DNA of 55,980 nucleotides from Candidatus Zambryskibacteria bacterium RIFCSPHIGHO2_02_FULL_43_14 (GCA_001825315.1 MHVR01000023.1:1-55980), one strand, 5' to 3'. Positions 15,829-24,743 are shown, numbered from the stretch's first letter. The notes: generated by a model not told the origin, from the letters alone. Translations and numbers: made by a program.

Positions 15829-16920
15829 ATGCAGTCTCTTTTGAAAAAAACGGAAACATTATACGAAAGGTATGAAAAGCATATCTCATCTTTCGCTTTA
15901 GTTGTCGGTTTTATTTTCGATAATCTCACTATTCGCAGAATCGATCTACTTTTCGAAAATCTTACCATTGTCTCTTATCTTGTAATTTCCGGCGGAAGCA
16001 TTATCGCTCTTAATTATTACCAAGAGCATCCTCCTCGAAGAAGTTTTTTTGTCAGGGTACAGAATTTTTTATCGCTTTTTATCCAGTTTGCCTTTGGAGG
16101 CCTCTTTAGCGCCTTCTTTGTTTTCTACACTAGAAGCGCTACTCTTTCCTCGAGTTGGCCTTTTGTTTCTATCTTACTCTTCCTTCTCATCGGTAACGAA
16201 TTTTTCAGAGAGCATTATCAGAAAATAGCTTTCCAAGTTTCCATTTATTTCGTCGCCATTTTCTCTTTCTCCATCTTTTTTGTTCCGGTTCTGCTTAAGA
16301 CCATGGGTGTGGTCGTCTTTATGTTGAGTGGCGTTGTCAGTTTGAGCTTTATCTTCCTCTTTTCCAAACTCCTCTTCAAAATTGTGCCAAATCGATATAG
16401 AGAAAGCAGAATAAATCTTAGAAATGCCATCCTCTTTATTTTTATTCTTATCAACGTTTTATATTTCTCAAATTTAATTCCGCCGATTCCACTCTCATTG
16501 AAAGATGCGGGCGTCTATTACTCTGTAGAGAGAGTGGGGGAAGACTATAGGGCTGTCGGAGAGAGAAAAACGTGGTACGAACGAATCCCTCTTGTTTTGG
16601 AGGTGATTCATCTGAAGAAGGGCGCTTCATTATATGTTTTCAGCTCCGTGTTTGCTCCGACAGATTTAGATACAAACATTGTCCATGATTGGCAGTATTT
16701 TGACCAGGCAATGGGTAAATGGGTAAGTGTCACAAGAATCACTTTTTCCATTGAAGGAGGAAGAGGAGAAGGTTATCGTGGCTTTTCGAAGAAAGAAGGT
16801 CTCTTTGCGGAGAAATGGCGAGTGGATGTCAAAACAGAAAGAGACCAGATCATCGGCAGAGTGAGATTTGACGTAAGAACGCAATCGTCTGAACTTAGAT
16901 TTGAAGAGAAAATTTTGTAG
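15829..16920 (+). CDS. polytopic membrane protein with soluble C-terminal domain (DUF2914-like)
   Basis: 363 aa. About 7 TM segments then IVHDWQYFDQAMGKWVSV..WRVDV, which resembles DUF2914. Confidence 0.55.
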   Translation: MQSLLKKTETLYERYEKHISSFALVVGFIFDNLTIRRIDLLFENLTIVSYLVISGGSIIALNYYQEHPPRRSFFVRVQNFLSLFIQFAFGGLFSAFFVFYTRSATLSSSWPFVSILLFLLIGNEFFREHYQKIAFQVSIYFVAIFSFSIFFVPVLLKTMGVVVFMLSGVVSLSFIFLFSKLLFKIVPNRYRESRINLRNAILFIFILINVLYFSNLIPPIPLSLKDAGVYYSVERVGEDYRAVGERKTWYERIPLVLEVIHLKKGASLYVFSSVFAPTDLDTNIVHDWQYFDQAMGKWVSVTRITFSIEGGRGEGYRGFSKKEGLFAEKWRVDVKTERDQIIGRVRFDVRTQSSELRFEEKIL

Positions 16921-16970
16921 TAAAAATCGGTTCTATTTTTGACCTTGTCGTGGTAATGTAGCTGATGCAT

Positions 16971-17043
16971 GGTGCCTATGGTGTAACGGTTAACACTCGA
17001 GCTTGTGGAGCTTGCAATCAGGGTTCGATTCCCTGTAGGCACC
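16971..17043 (+). tRNA. tRNA-His (anticodon GUG) with encoded G-1
   Basis: G(-1) plus GTGCCTA/TAGGCAC acceptor, discriminator C, anticodon loop TTGTGGA, T-loop GTTCGATTC. Confidence 0.88.
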
Positions 17044-17080
17044 CCCAGTATTCCCGAAGCGCGGTTCAAAATCTGTTCGT

Positions 17081-17476
17081 TTGGTGTATTATTTAGAGAT
17101 GAGTAAAATAGCGCATTTTTTCGACAAATTTGAGAACAAAATTCGCGGTTTTTTGAGCCGCTATCCAATCGTCTATGGATTCATTTCTGGTGTGGGGATT
17201 GTGTCCTTCTGGCGCGGCGTCTGGGAAACTTCAGACATTATTGGGATACCACCACAAGCATCCCTTCTGTTCGGTTTTCTGGTGCTACTTGCTATCGGTG
17301 TATTGGTCACAGAATTCTTGGGCAATCGCCTTATTATCTCTGGCCTGCGCGGGGAAAAGAAATTAGAAGAAAAAACTCTCAAGGAAATAGAAGAGGAAGA
17401 GTTATCTCTTTCTAGTCTCAAAGATAAAATAAATCGAATAGAAAAAATGCTTGAAAAACTGAGTAATACGAAATAA
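17081..17476 (+). CDS. membrane protein with C-terminal coiled coil (start possibly ATG 17099)
   Basis: 131 aa. Two TM helices then a charged helical tail. Confidence 0.5.
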   Translation: MVYYLEMSKIAHFFDKFENKIRGFLSRYPIVYGFISGVGIVSFWRGVWETSDIIGIPPQASLLFGFLVLLAIGVLVTEFLGNRLIISGLRGEKKLEEKTLKEIEEEELSLSSLKDKINRIEKMLEKLSNTK

Positions 17477-17478
17477 AA

Positions 17479-18246
17479 ATGAAGAAATTTGAGGTCATCG
17501 CGTTTGATATTGACGGCACTCTGACTAGGAGCAAATCGCCGCTTGAGGATAATCCTCTGATTGATACGGACATGTCCGACCTCTTGAATAAGTTAATGAA
17601 TAAGTACAAAGTGGCGATAATATCCGGTGCCTCCTATAAGCAATTCGAATCCCAAATTTTGGCGCATCTGACCAAGGATGGTGAATTGCTCAAAAATCTT
17701 TACCTCCTACCGACCAATGGCACTACTCTCTGTATTTATAAAGAAGGCGCATGGCAGTGCCCGCCCGTTAATGCTCTAACCGATAGCGAGAAAAAAGAAA
17801 TATATGCTGCGTTTAATAAAATGTTCACTGAAGTTGGATTTGTCATACCTGAACATGCCTACGGAGAAGTTATAGAAGACCGCGGTTCACAGATCACTTT
17901 CTCTGCTTTCGGGCAGAATGCACCTATCGAACTCAAAGAAGCTTGGGACAAGGGCCATAGTAAGCGTGGACAAATGGTGTCGGTTCTTAAGAAATATCTG
18001 CCCGATTTCGCTTCTCATATTGGCGGGGCTACCTCCATAGATGTGACAAGAAAAGGGATAGACAAGGCCTACGGACTTCGCGAACTTCTGAAATATCTTA
18101 ATTTACCGAACGAAAAGTTGTTATATGTCGGAAACGAACTCTATCCAGACGGCAACGATGCCCCAGCTCTCTCTGTGGCGGGAGAATCTAGAGCGGTAAA
18201 AGATCAGGGAGAAACCAAGAAGGTCATTATGGGACTCTTGGAATAA
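17479..18246 (+). CDS. HAD-IIB family hydrolase, phosphomannomutase-like
   Basis: 255 aa. FDIDGTLT motif I, cap domain, GGATSIDVTRKGIDK, and a C-terminal GND acidic motif (YPDGNDAPA). Confidence 0.75.
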   Translation: MKKFEVIAFDIDGTLTRSKSPLEDNPLIDTDMSDLLNKLMNKYKVAIISGASYKQFESQILAHLTKDGELLKNLYLLPTNGTTLCIYKEGAWQCPPVNALTDSEKKEIYAAFNKMFTEVGFVIPEHAYGEVIEDRGSQITFSAFGQNAPIELKEAWDKGHSKRGQMVSVLKKYLPDFASHIGGATSIDVTRKGIDKAYGLRELLKYLNLPNEKLLYVGNELYPDGNDAPALSVAGESRAVKDQGETKKVIMGLLE

Positions 18247-18271
18247 GTAAAACTGGTGTTACAATAGTTGA

Positions 18272-18622
18272 ATGGGGAGATCAAAACCTTTCACTGAAGA
18301 ACGTCCTTGGGGAGGGTTTCGGGAGTTTGCGGAGAACGAGGGAAATACAGTAAAAATTCTTTTTATTAAAAAAGGCGAGGTTTTCAGTTTACAGAAACAT
18401 CACTATAGAAATGAGTTTTGGAGAGTCCTCTCGGGCAACCCAGATATTATAATAGGAGATAAAATGGTTCGTGCTAAAATAGGCGATGAATTTGAAATTC
18501 CACCGGAAATGAAACATCAGATATCTGCGCCTATAAACGAGGTCGAGGTACTGGAGATTTCAAGAGGAAAATTTGATGAAAATGACATCGTTAGAATAGA
18601 AGATAAATATGGCCGCATCTAA
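18272..18622 (+). CDS. cupin-domain protein (type II phosphomannose isomerase-like)
   Basis: 116 aa. ERPWGGF..F....N..VKIL.IKKGE.FSLQKHHYRNEFWRVLSG matches the PMI type II cupin. Confidence 0.75.
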   Translation: MGRSKPFTEERPWGGFREFAENEGNTVKILFIKKGEVFSLQKHHYRNEFWRVLSGNPDIIIGDKMVRAKIGDEFEIPPEMKHQISAPINEVEVLEISRGKFDENDIVRIEDKYGRI

Positions 18623-19805
18623 GAAAAAAACTGTTTCCAAAAAGAAAACCAAGGATTCTTTAAAGAAGGCTATAAAAAGGACGGTTAAAATAAAAAAGAA
18701 GAAAGTCCCCAAAAAGATATATAAAGTTGCGCGCAAATGGAAGAAACCAAGACCTTTGGACTTGCATCGAGCTTTTCATAATCCTGTTATGAGTCCAATT
18801 TCAGGTTCTTACTGGGAATCGGAAGCGGTTTTTAATCCCGGCGCAGTTGTGCACGAAGGACGGGTTCACCTCTTCTACCGCGCTTTGGGTCCTGACGGTA
18901 TTTCTCGTATAGGTTATGCCTCGAGTAAAGATGGTATTCATTTTGACAAGAGGTATCCCCATCCTGTCTATATGCCAGAGACTTCCGCCGAATCTGCTAA
19001 ACATCATTCTCACACTTCTCCGGCAAGACTTCACTACAATAGAACGCTTCATGCTTCTGGAGGTGGGTGGGGTGGGTGTGAAGACCCAAGGGCGGTTAAA
19101 ATTGATAATCAAATATATCTGACGTTTAATATGTTCAACGGATGGTATTCGATAAGAGTCGGATTGACTTCCATTGATGAGAAAGATCTTGAAGACGGTC
19201 GGTGGGATTGGCGACATGTTATCTACTTGTCTCCTCCCAATGAAAGGCATAAAAACTGGGTACTTTTCCCGGAGAAAATAGACGGCAAATATGCCATCCT
19301 TCACAATCTTTATGACACTGACCAGGCGCGGGTACGCATCGAATATTTAGACGATATCAATCTGCGCGAACCGCTTGTCTTGGACAGTCCGGACCCGCAA
19401 CTTTTACCTGACCGGATAATCGGTTGGCACAATCGCACTCGCAGTGTTGGTCCGCCTCCCGTGAAGACTAAATACGGCTGGCTACTTTTCTACCATGCTA
19501 TGGATAAAAACGATCCAGGTCGTTATAAACTCGGGGCATTGCTACTTGATCTAAAAGACCCGAGAAAAGTTCTCTACCGTTCAAATTATCCAATACTCGA
19601 ACCTGATGAATGGTACGAGAACGATTGGAAACCAGGTATCATCTACGCTTCCGGAGCTATAGTTAGAGGTAGCACTCTTCTCATATATTACGGAGGAGGA
19701 GATAAGCACATTGGTGTGGCCTATACCAATCTGCCTGAGTTTGTTCGCAAGCTCATGAAGAATGAACACACTGTTTTTTCAATCAAATCCGTCAAGGTGG
19801 TATAG
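18609..19805 (+). CDS. GH130 family (DUF377) beta-mannoside phosphorylase/glycosidase-like protein with Lys-rich N-terminal extension
   Basis: 398 aa. YWESEAVFNPGAV..GRVHLFYRA, GGCEDPRAVKIDN, GWLLFYHA, LLIYYGGGDK. The first 60 codons are extremely K/R-rich; the alternative start ATG 18789 would remove them. Confidence 0.8.
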   Translation: MAASKKKTVSKKKTKDSLKKAIKRTVKIKKKKVPKKIYKVARKWKKPRPLDLHRAFHNPVMSPISGSYWESEAVFNPGAVVHEGRVHLFYRALGPDGISRIGYASSKDGIHFDKRYPHPVYMPETSAESAKHHSHTSPARLHYNRTLHASGGGWGGCEDPRAVKIDNQIYLTFNMFNGWYSIRVGLTSIDEKDLEDGRWDWRHVIYLSPPNERHKNWVLFPEKIDGKYAILHNLYDTDQARVRIEYLDDINLREPLVLDSPDPQLLPDRIIGWHNRTRSVGPPPVKTKYGWLLFYHAMDKNDPGRYKLGALLLDLKDPRKVLYRSNYPILEPDEWYENDWKPGIIYASGAIVRGSTLLIYYGGGDKHIGVAYTNLPEFVRKLMKNEHTVFSIKSVKVV

Positions 19806-19811
19806 ATACAT

Positions 19812-21737
19812 ATGTTTGTAATCAAACGAACAGAAGATAATCCCATTCTGGTACCTACCCGTGACCATTACTGGGAAGCATCTGCCACTTTCAATATGTC
19901 TCCGGTGAGGCGAGGTCGAGGCATTTATGGCCTATATCGGGCGATATCGAGTAAGGATCCGTTAAGGACTCCTGATCAGATATCTACCATCGGTATAGCT
20001 AAGAGTGCAGACGGTTTACATTTTGAGGACCGCAGGCAATTTATAGAGCCTTTGGAGGAGTGGGAAAAATTTGGCTGTGAGGACCCGCGAATAACTTTTT
20101 TTGAGGGCCGCTATTATATCTTTTACACGGCTTTGTCTCACTTTCCATTCGTTGCGGAAGGTATTAAGGTCGCCGTGGCGATATCAAATGACCTGAAGCG
20201 CGTCAATGAACGGCATCTAGTGACGCCTTTCAATGCCAAAGCCATGACTCTTTTCCCGGAGCGGATAAATGGCAAAGTCACAGTCATTTTCAGCGCCCAT
20301 ACTGACGGTTCCGTGGCTAAGATGGTCATTGCTCAAGCCGATGATATCTCTGAATTTTGGTCTCAAGAGTTTTGGGAAGATTGGCACGAACATATTGATG
20401 ATCATAAATTGGAATTGCGTCGCAATGACTACGACCATGTAGAGGTAGGAGCTGCCCCAATTAAAACCAAGCATGGCTGGCTTCTTATTTATTCGCATAT
20501 TGAGCACTATTTTCCTTCGTCGGAAAATTTGAGGCCCCAATTCGGTGTCGAAGCGCTACTCCTTGACTTAGAAAATCCGTATAAAATTATCGGTCGCACG
20601 AACGGCCCTATGATGGTGCCCGAGGAGCCCTATGAACTTTCTGGCCACGTTTCCAATATCATTTTTCCGTCCGGTACGCTTCTCAACGACAAAACTTTGA
20701 CAATCTACTACGGTGCCTCCGATACCACCATTTGTTCCGCATATATCAACATCGACGACTTAATCTCAAGTATTGATATTAAAACTAAATATCGATGGCG
20801 TTTCAGACGTCTTGAAAATAACCCTATCATTGTGCCTAATCCAAATCACAGGTGGGAATCAAAAGCGACATTTAACCCCGGCGCTATTGATCTCGGAGGT
20901 AAGGTTCATATTCTCTATCGCGCACTTTCGGACGATAACACTTCTACTATCGGTTATGCCACAAGTATTGATGGGATAGCAATAACCGAACGTCTGGATG
21001 AACCAATTTATACTCCACGCGAAGACTTCGAAACTAAGAAAATAGAAGGAGCCAATTCCGGATGTGAGGACCCTCGTCTTACCAAAATCGGGAATAATTT
21101 GTATATGTGCTACACCGCTTTTGATGGCATTGGTCCGCCACGGGTAGCAGTTACCTCTATCAAAGAACAAGATTTCTTATCGCGATATTGGAAGTGGAAG
21201 AAGCCGGAACTCATTACTCCAAAAGGCGTTGATGACAAGGATACCTGTATTCTCCCGGAGAAAATTGGAGGTAAATACATGATACTTCATCGCATTGGGA
21301 CGGATATTTGCGGTGATTTTCTTAGATCGCTAGATTTTAAAACGGAGACAGTTAATAAATGTATTCGAATTTTCGGGCCGAGAGTCGGAATGTGGGATAG
21401 TGAAAAAGTTGGCATTACGGCTTCTCCTATTCGGACCAAACAAGGTTGGGTTCTCCTATATCATGCTGTATCAAAAGGCCACCACACTTACCGCGTCGGA
21501 GCGGTACTCTTGGATCTTAAAGACCCGACAACTGTACTGTCACGTTCAGCCGACCCAATTTTTGAACCGGAGGAATTATATGAGAAAGAGGGAATAGTAA
21601 GAAACGTAGTCTTTCCTTGTGGCATAGTAGTGCGTGATAATCTACTATATATATATTATGGTGGCGCGGATAAAGTTACCGGGGTAGCCACCATGGAGCT
21701 TGATATTCTGGTAGGAGCTCTCGCAAGTATTTTATGA
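19812..21737 (+). CDS. tandem double GH130-domain protein
   Basis: 641 aa. Two full repeats of the GH130 pattern: WEASATFN../FGCEDPRITFF../GWLLIYSH../IYYGASD and WESKATFNPGA../SGCEDPRLTKI../GWVLLYHAV../IYYGGADK. Confidence 0.85.
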   Translation: MFVIKRTEDNPILVPTRDHYWEASATFNMSPVRRGRGIYGLYRAISSKDPLRTPDQISTIGIAKSADGLHFEDRRQFIEPLEEWEKFGCEDPRITFFEGRYYIFYTALSHFPFVAEGIKVAVAISNDLKRVNERHLVTPFNAKAMTLFPERINGKVTVIFSAHTDGSVAKMVIAQADDISEFWSQEFWEDWHEHIDDHKLELRRNDYDHVEVGAAPIKTKHGWLLIYSHIEHYFPSSENLRPQFGVEALLLDLENPYKIIGRTNGPMMVPEEPYELSGHVSNIIFPSGTLLNDKTLTIYYGASDTTICSAYINIDDLISSIDIKTKYRWRFRRLENNPIIVPNPNHRWESKATFNPGAIDLGGKVHILYRALSDDNTSTIGYATSIDGIAITERLDEPIYTPREDFETKKIEGANSGCEDPRLTKIGNNLYMCYTAFDGIGPPRVAVTSIKEQDFLSRYWKWKKPELITPKGVDDKDTCILPEKIGGKYMILHRIGTDICGDFLRSLDFKTETVNKCIRIFGPRVGMWDSEKVGITASPIRTKQGWVLLYHAVSKGHHTYRVGAVLLDLKDPTTVLSRSADPIFEPEELYEKEGIVRNVVFPCGIVVRDNLLYIYYGGADKVTGVATMELDILVGALASIL

Positions 21738-21750
21738 TAATCTTAAAGGT

Positions 21751-22416
21751 ATGATGTTTCCAAATTGGGCGAAGAATATTCTCTTTCTCTTAGTCTATAT
21801 GATCTCGGGATTGGTGCTTGTGATTATTATTGAGGGCCTGCTTTCTGGTACGGAATTGACACCTCTCAATACTGTCATAGAGCGGGTGGTAGTACATATG
21901 CGCACCCCATTTTTGACAACTATTTTAGTAACCGTTACCAGATTGGGCAACCCTTTTATCCTCTCGTCGGCGACGGTCTTTATTGCGGTGTTGCTTATCA
22001 TACGCGGACGTGTTTATGATGCCGCGCTTTTTGTCACCGCGTTGATTATAGCGGTTGTTTCGTTGACGATACTCAAGAACACCTTCCAAATTACACGGCC
22101 GGGTTCCGAGCTTGTCGCTGTTAACGGTTGGAGTTTTCCTTCCGGACACGCGACCGTCGCAACTGCGTTCTTTTTTATGTTGGCCCATACTTTTTTTGGT
22201 AAAATGGGGACATTAAAGGGTAAAATCTCTTTGATTCTCGGTTCAATTTCAGGAGCGGTCCTTATCTGCTTTTCTCGACTTTATCTCGGAGCGCACTGGA
22301 CACTCGATATCCTGGCGGGTATTGCTCTTGGACTTTTGTCCGTAAGTCTTACGGTACTAATGTTTAATGTTTTTATCGGAGAGAGACGTTCGTTGAGGGA
22401 AAGAATAAATTTGTGA
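21751..22416 (+). CDS. PAP2-family lipid phosphatase
   Basis: 221 aa. Polytopic, with motifs KNTFQITRP, SFPSGHA, SRLYLGAHWTLD. Confidence 0.85.
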   Translation: MMFPNWAKNILFLLVYMISGLVLVIIIEGLLSGTELTPLNTVIERVVVHMRTPFLTTILVTVTRLGNPFILSSATVFIAVLLIIRGRVYDAALFVTALIIAVVSLTILKNTFQITRPGSELVAVNGWSFPSGHATVATAFFFMLAHTFFGKMGTLKGKISLILGSISGAVLICFSRLYLGAHWTLDILAGIALGLLSVSLTVLMFNVFIGERRSLRERINL

Positions 22417-22430
22417 TATAATAAACCGAA

Positions 22431-23213
22431 ATGAATACACAAGAAATGCAAAAAATTTTAAAATGGGTTTGGATCGTACTTATTGTTCTGGCAGTGTTTC
22501 TCGCAGTTGAAACCCTTGGAGCGCTCAAATATTTGCGCGATATCAATCCAGCGTACAATTCTATTTCAGTTTCAGGTACTGGGGAGGTCATTTCTGTACC
22601 AGATGTTGCTACTTTCTCTTTTGCTGTTTCAGCTGATGCTTCGGAAGTCAGTGACGCCCAAAAGTTGGTAACCGAAAAAACTGAAGTTATTCTGACTGAA
22701 CTCAAATCACTAGGCATTGAAGAAAAAGATATCAAAACCACTGACTACTCCGTCTGGCCAAAGTACACTTATGAGTCGATGGTTTGTTCTTCTACATTTT
22801 GCCCGCCATCGAGACAGGTTCCGGATGGTTATACCGCAAATCATAGTATTTCGATAAAGATAAGAAAAACTCAAGATGCAGGTAAGGCTCTTGCTCTGGT
22901 AGGTGCTAAGGGTGCCACGAATCTTTCCGGTATATCTTTTACCGTGGATGACCCGGAGAAAATGCTGAATGAAGCTCGAAGTAAGGCTATTACGGATGCT
23001 AAAAATAAAGCCAAAATACTTTCACAAGAACTTGGAGTCAGACTAGTGCGGGTGGTAAATTTCTATGATAATACCGGTGGAGGGCCAATGCCATACTATG
23101 CAGAAGGTATGGGAGCAGATTCAATCAAGACTTCAACCATGCCAGTTCCGACTATTCCGATGGGGGAAAATAAAGTTACGGTAAACGTTACAGTTATCTA
23201 CGAGATACGATAG
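22431..23213 (+). CDS. SIMPL-domain (DUF541) protein, membrane-anchored
   Basis: 260 aa. N-terminal TM, then the pattern ISVSGTGEV...PD.A.FSF.V typical of SIMPL. Confidence 0.7.
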   Translation: MNTQEMQKILKWVWIVLIVLAVFLAVETLGALKYLRDINPAYNSISVSGTGEVISVPDVATFSFAVSADASEVSDAQKLVTEKTEVILTELKSLGIEEKDIKTTDYSVWPKYTYESMVCSSTFCPPSRQVPDGYTANHSISIKIRKTQDAGKALALVGAKGATNLSGISFTVDDPEKMLNEARSKAITDAKNKAKILSQELGVRLVRVVNFYDNTGGGPMPYYAEGMGADSIKTSTMPVPTIPMGENKVTVNVTVIYEIR

Positions 23214-23299
23214 TTTTTGGTCTATGATTTGACTTTCCCCAGCCATTTATAGTATGGTTGAGGAACGCCCACGAGGGTGTTTTTTATAACAAGAAAATT

Positions 23300-23482
23300 A
23301 TGCACAGACTAATAAATTACATCAGAGACACGCGTGGAGAACTTAAATATGTTTCTTGGCCAACGCGCCGCCAGTCAATCATCTTTACCGTTGTGGTGGT
23401 TGTGATTTCAATTTTAGTGTCCATTTTCTTGGGTTTCTTTGATTATCTCTTTTCTCTGATACTCGAGAAATTTATCCTCTAG
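23300..23482 (+). CDS. secE: preprotein translocase subunit SecE
   Basis: Track ORF 23258-23482 trimmed to ATG 23300. RGELKYVSWPTRRQ followed by a single TM. nusG lies immediately downstream. Confidence 0.8.
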   Translation: MHRLINYIRDTRGELKYVSWPTRRQSIIFTVVVVVISILVSIFLGFFDYLFSLILEKFIL

Positions 23483-23509
23483 TTCGACAAGCTCACTATA
23501 AATAAAATG
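23480..23509 (+). promoter_or_regulatory. conserved stop-to-start junction cassette, copy 1 (TAGTTCGACAAGCTCACTATAAATAAAATG)
   Basis: Near-identical to 42833-42865. Spans the TAG of secE to the ATG of nusG. No SD. Confidence 0.6.
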
Positions 23510-24052
23510 ACTAAACAAAAAATTTCGGAAGGCAGAAATTGGTATGTTGTCCACACTTATGCTGGCTACGAGAATGCGGTGATGCGCAATCTCAAACAGC
23601 GCATTGAATCTCTTGGTATGGAGGATAAAATTTTCAATGTTATAGTGCCGACAGAAAAGAAGATTAAGATTAAAGGAGGTAAGCGGGTCGAAGAGGAAGA
23701 AAAAATTTATCCGGGCTATATCTTAGTAGATATGATTGTCACGGACGATTCTTGGTACGTGGTACGCAATACCCCGAGAGTGACGGGTTTTGTCGGTTCT
23801 GGAGTCTATCCGGTGCCGATTGATAAAGCAGAAGTGGAAGCGCTCTTTGCCAGGATGTCTGCCGACAAGATAACTCATACTATCAATCTCTTGGAGAATG
23901 ACGCCGTTCTCATCGTCGATGGTCCATTTAAAGAGCTGGAAGGCAAAGTCTCCGAGATTGACGAAGAACGCGGCAAGGTTAAAGTTCTGGTCAACATGTT
24001 CGGCCGCGAGACCCCTGTCGAACTAGATTTCCTTCAAGTGAAGAAAATCTAG
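23507..24052 (+). CDS. nusG: transcription termination/antitermination factor NusG
   Basis: 181 aa. WYVVHTYAGYENAV (NGN domain) and a C-terminal KOW (GPFKELEGKVSEIDEERGKVKV). Confidence 0.92.
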   Translation: MTKQKISEGRNWYVVHTYAGYENAVMRNLKQRIESLGMEDKIFNVIVPTEKKIKIKGGKRVEEEEKIYPGYILVDMIVTDDSWYVVRNTPRVTGFVGSGVYPVPIDKAEVEALFARMSADKITHTINLLENDAVLIVDGPFKELEGKVSEIDEERGKVKVLVNMFGRETPVELDFLQVKKI

Positions 24053-24056
24053 TTCG

Positions 24057-24141
24057 ATGATGGTCGCGCGGTCAGCGCGTACTGGCACGCCGGCTACGGC
24101 TGGAACGTCAACGCCAACGAGGTCTCGGACCCGAATCCGAG
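24057..24141. other. 85-nt GC-rich patch (about 65% GC) in an AT-rich intergenic region
   Basis: Visible composition jump. One frame reads DGRAVSAYWHAGYGWNVNANEVSDPNP, so it could be a relic of a foreign coding sequence. Directly abuts the palindrome at 24142-24184. Confidence 0.4.
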
Positions 24142-24184
24142 AAGGTGTCAACCTGAAGGTGTCAACCTGCCAGGTTGACACCTT
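24142..24184. repeat. palindromic element AAGGTGTCAACCTG x2 + C + CAGGTTGACACCTT
   Basis: Direct duplication of the 14-nt half-site (24142-24155, 24156-24169) followed by its exact inverted copy (24171-24184). Same palindrome as 30458-30486. Confidence 0.9.
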
Positions 24185-24298
24185 GGAGCAAACCGAACTG
24201 TCTTATTTGGGGATATCGAAACATGAGAATAGTTGGAAATTGCAGAAGCAAATTGAGTGCTTGTAATTTGTGATTTAAGTTGGTAATCTATCCGAACA

Positions 24299-24721
24299 AT
24301 GGCGAAAAAAATAGTCAAAGTATTGAAGCTCCAAATCCCAGGAGGCGCAGCTGTTCCCGGCCAGGCACTCGGGCCGGTGCTTGGTGCCGCCGGTATTCCT
24401 ATTGGTGAATTTGTTAAACGTTTTAATGATGAGACTAAAGAGCGCAAAGGCGAGACGGTGCCAACAGTTGTTGAGGTGTTTGAAGATAGAAGTTACAGGC
24501 TGACTTATAAGACCGAACCTGCTTCGGCCTTGATTCTCAAAGCTTTGGGCAAAGAGAAGGGCTCGGGTACAAACATTACCTCTAAGGTCGGTATATTGAC
24601 TAAGACTCAATTAAAAGAAATTGCTGAAAAGAAGATGGTAGATTTGAATGCCAACGACATCGAAGCCGCCTCTAAAATTATCGCTGGAACAGCGAGGAGC
24701 ATGGGGGTGGAGGTGAAGTAA
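24299..24721 (+). CDS. rplK: 50S ribosomal protein L11
   Basis: 140 aa. KLQIPGGAA.PG..LGPVLG..G.....F...FN..T. Confidence 0.93.
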   Translation: MAKKIVKVLKLQIPGGAAVPGQALGPVLGAAGIPIGEFVKRFNDETKERKGETVPTVVEVFEDRSYRLTYKTEPASALILKALGKEKGSGTNITSKVGILTKTQLKEIAEKKMVDLNANDIEAASKIIAGTARSMGVEVK

Positions 24722-24743
24722 TCTTTTAAGTCTATTTAAACTG

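Noticed and set aside
23492-23500. CTCACTATA, identical to the -9 to -1 core of the phage T7 class III promoter, in both junction cassettes.
   Set aside because: Upstream specificity positions (TAATACGA) do not match, +1 would be A-rich rather than GGG, and no single-subunit RNAP gene is visible. This is most likely a coincidental or -10-like AT-rich element. It is kept only as a remark in the cassette finding.
24057-24266. 69-aa ORF in the nusG-rplK spacer.
   Set aside because: It consists of the GC-rich patch plus the palindrome (GVNLKVSTCQVDTL) and then AT-rich spacer. It has no SD and no protein-like continuation. It is treated as a non-coding element or relic.
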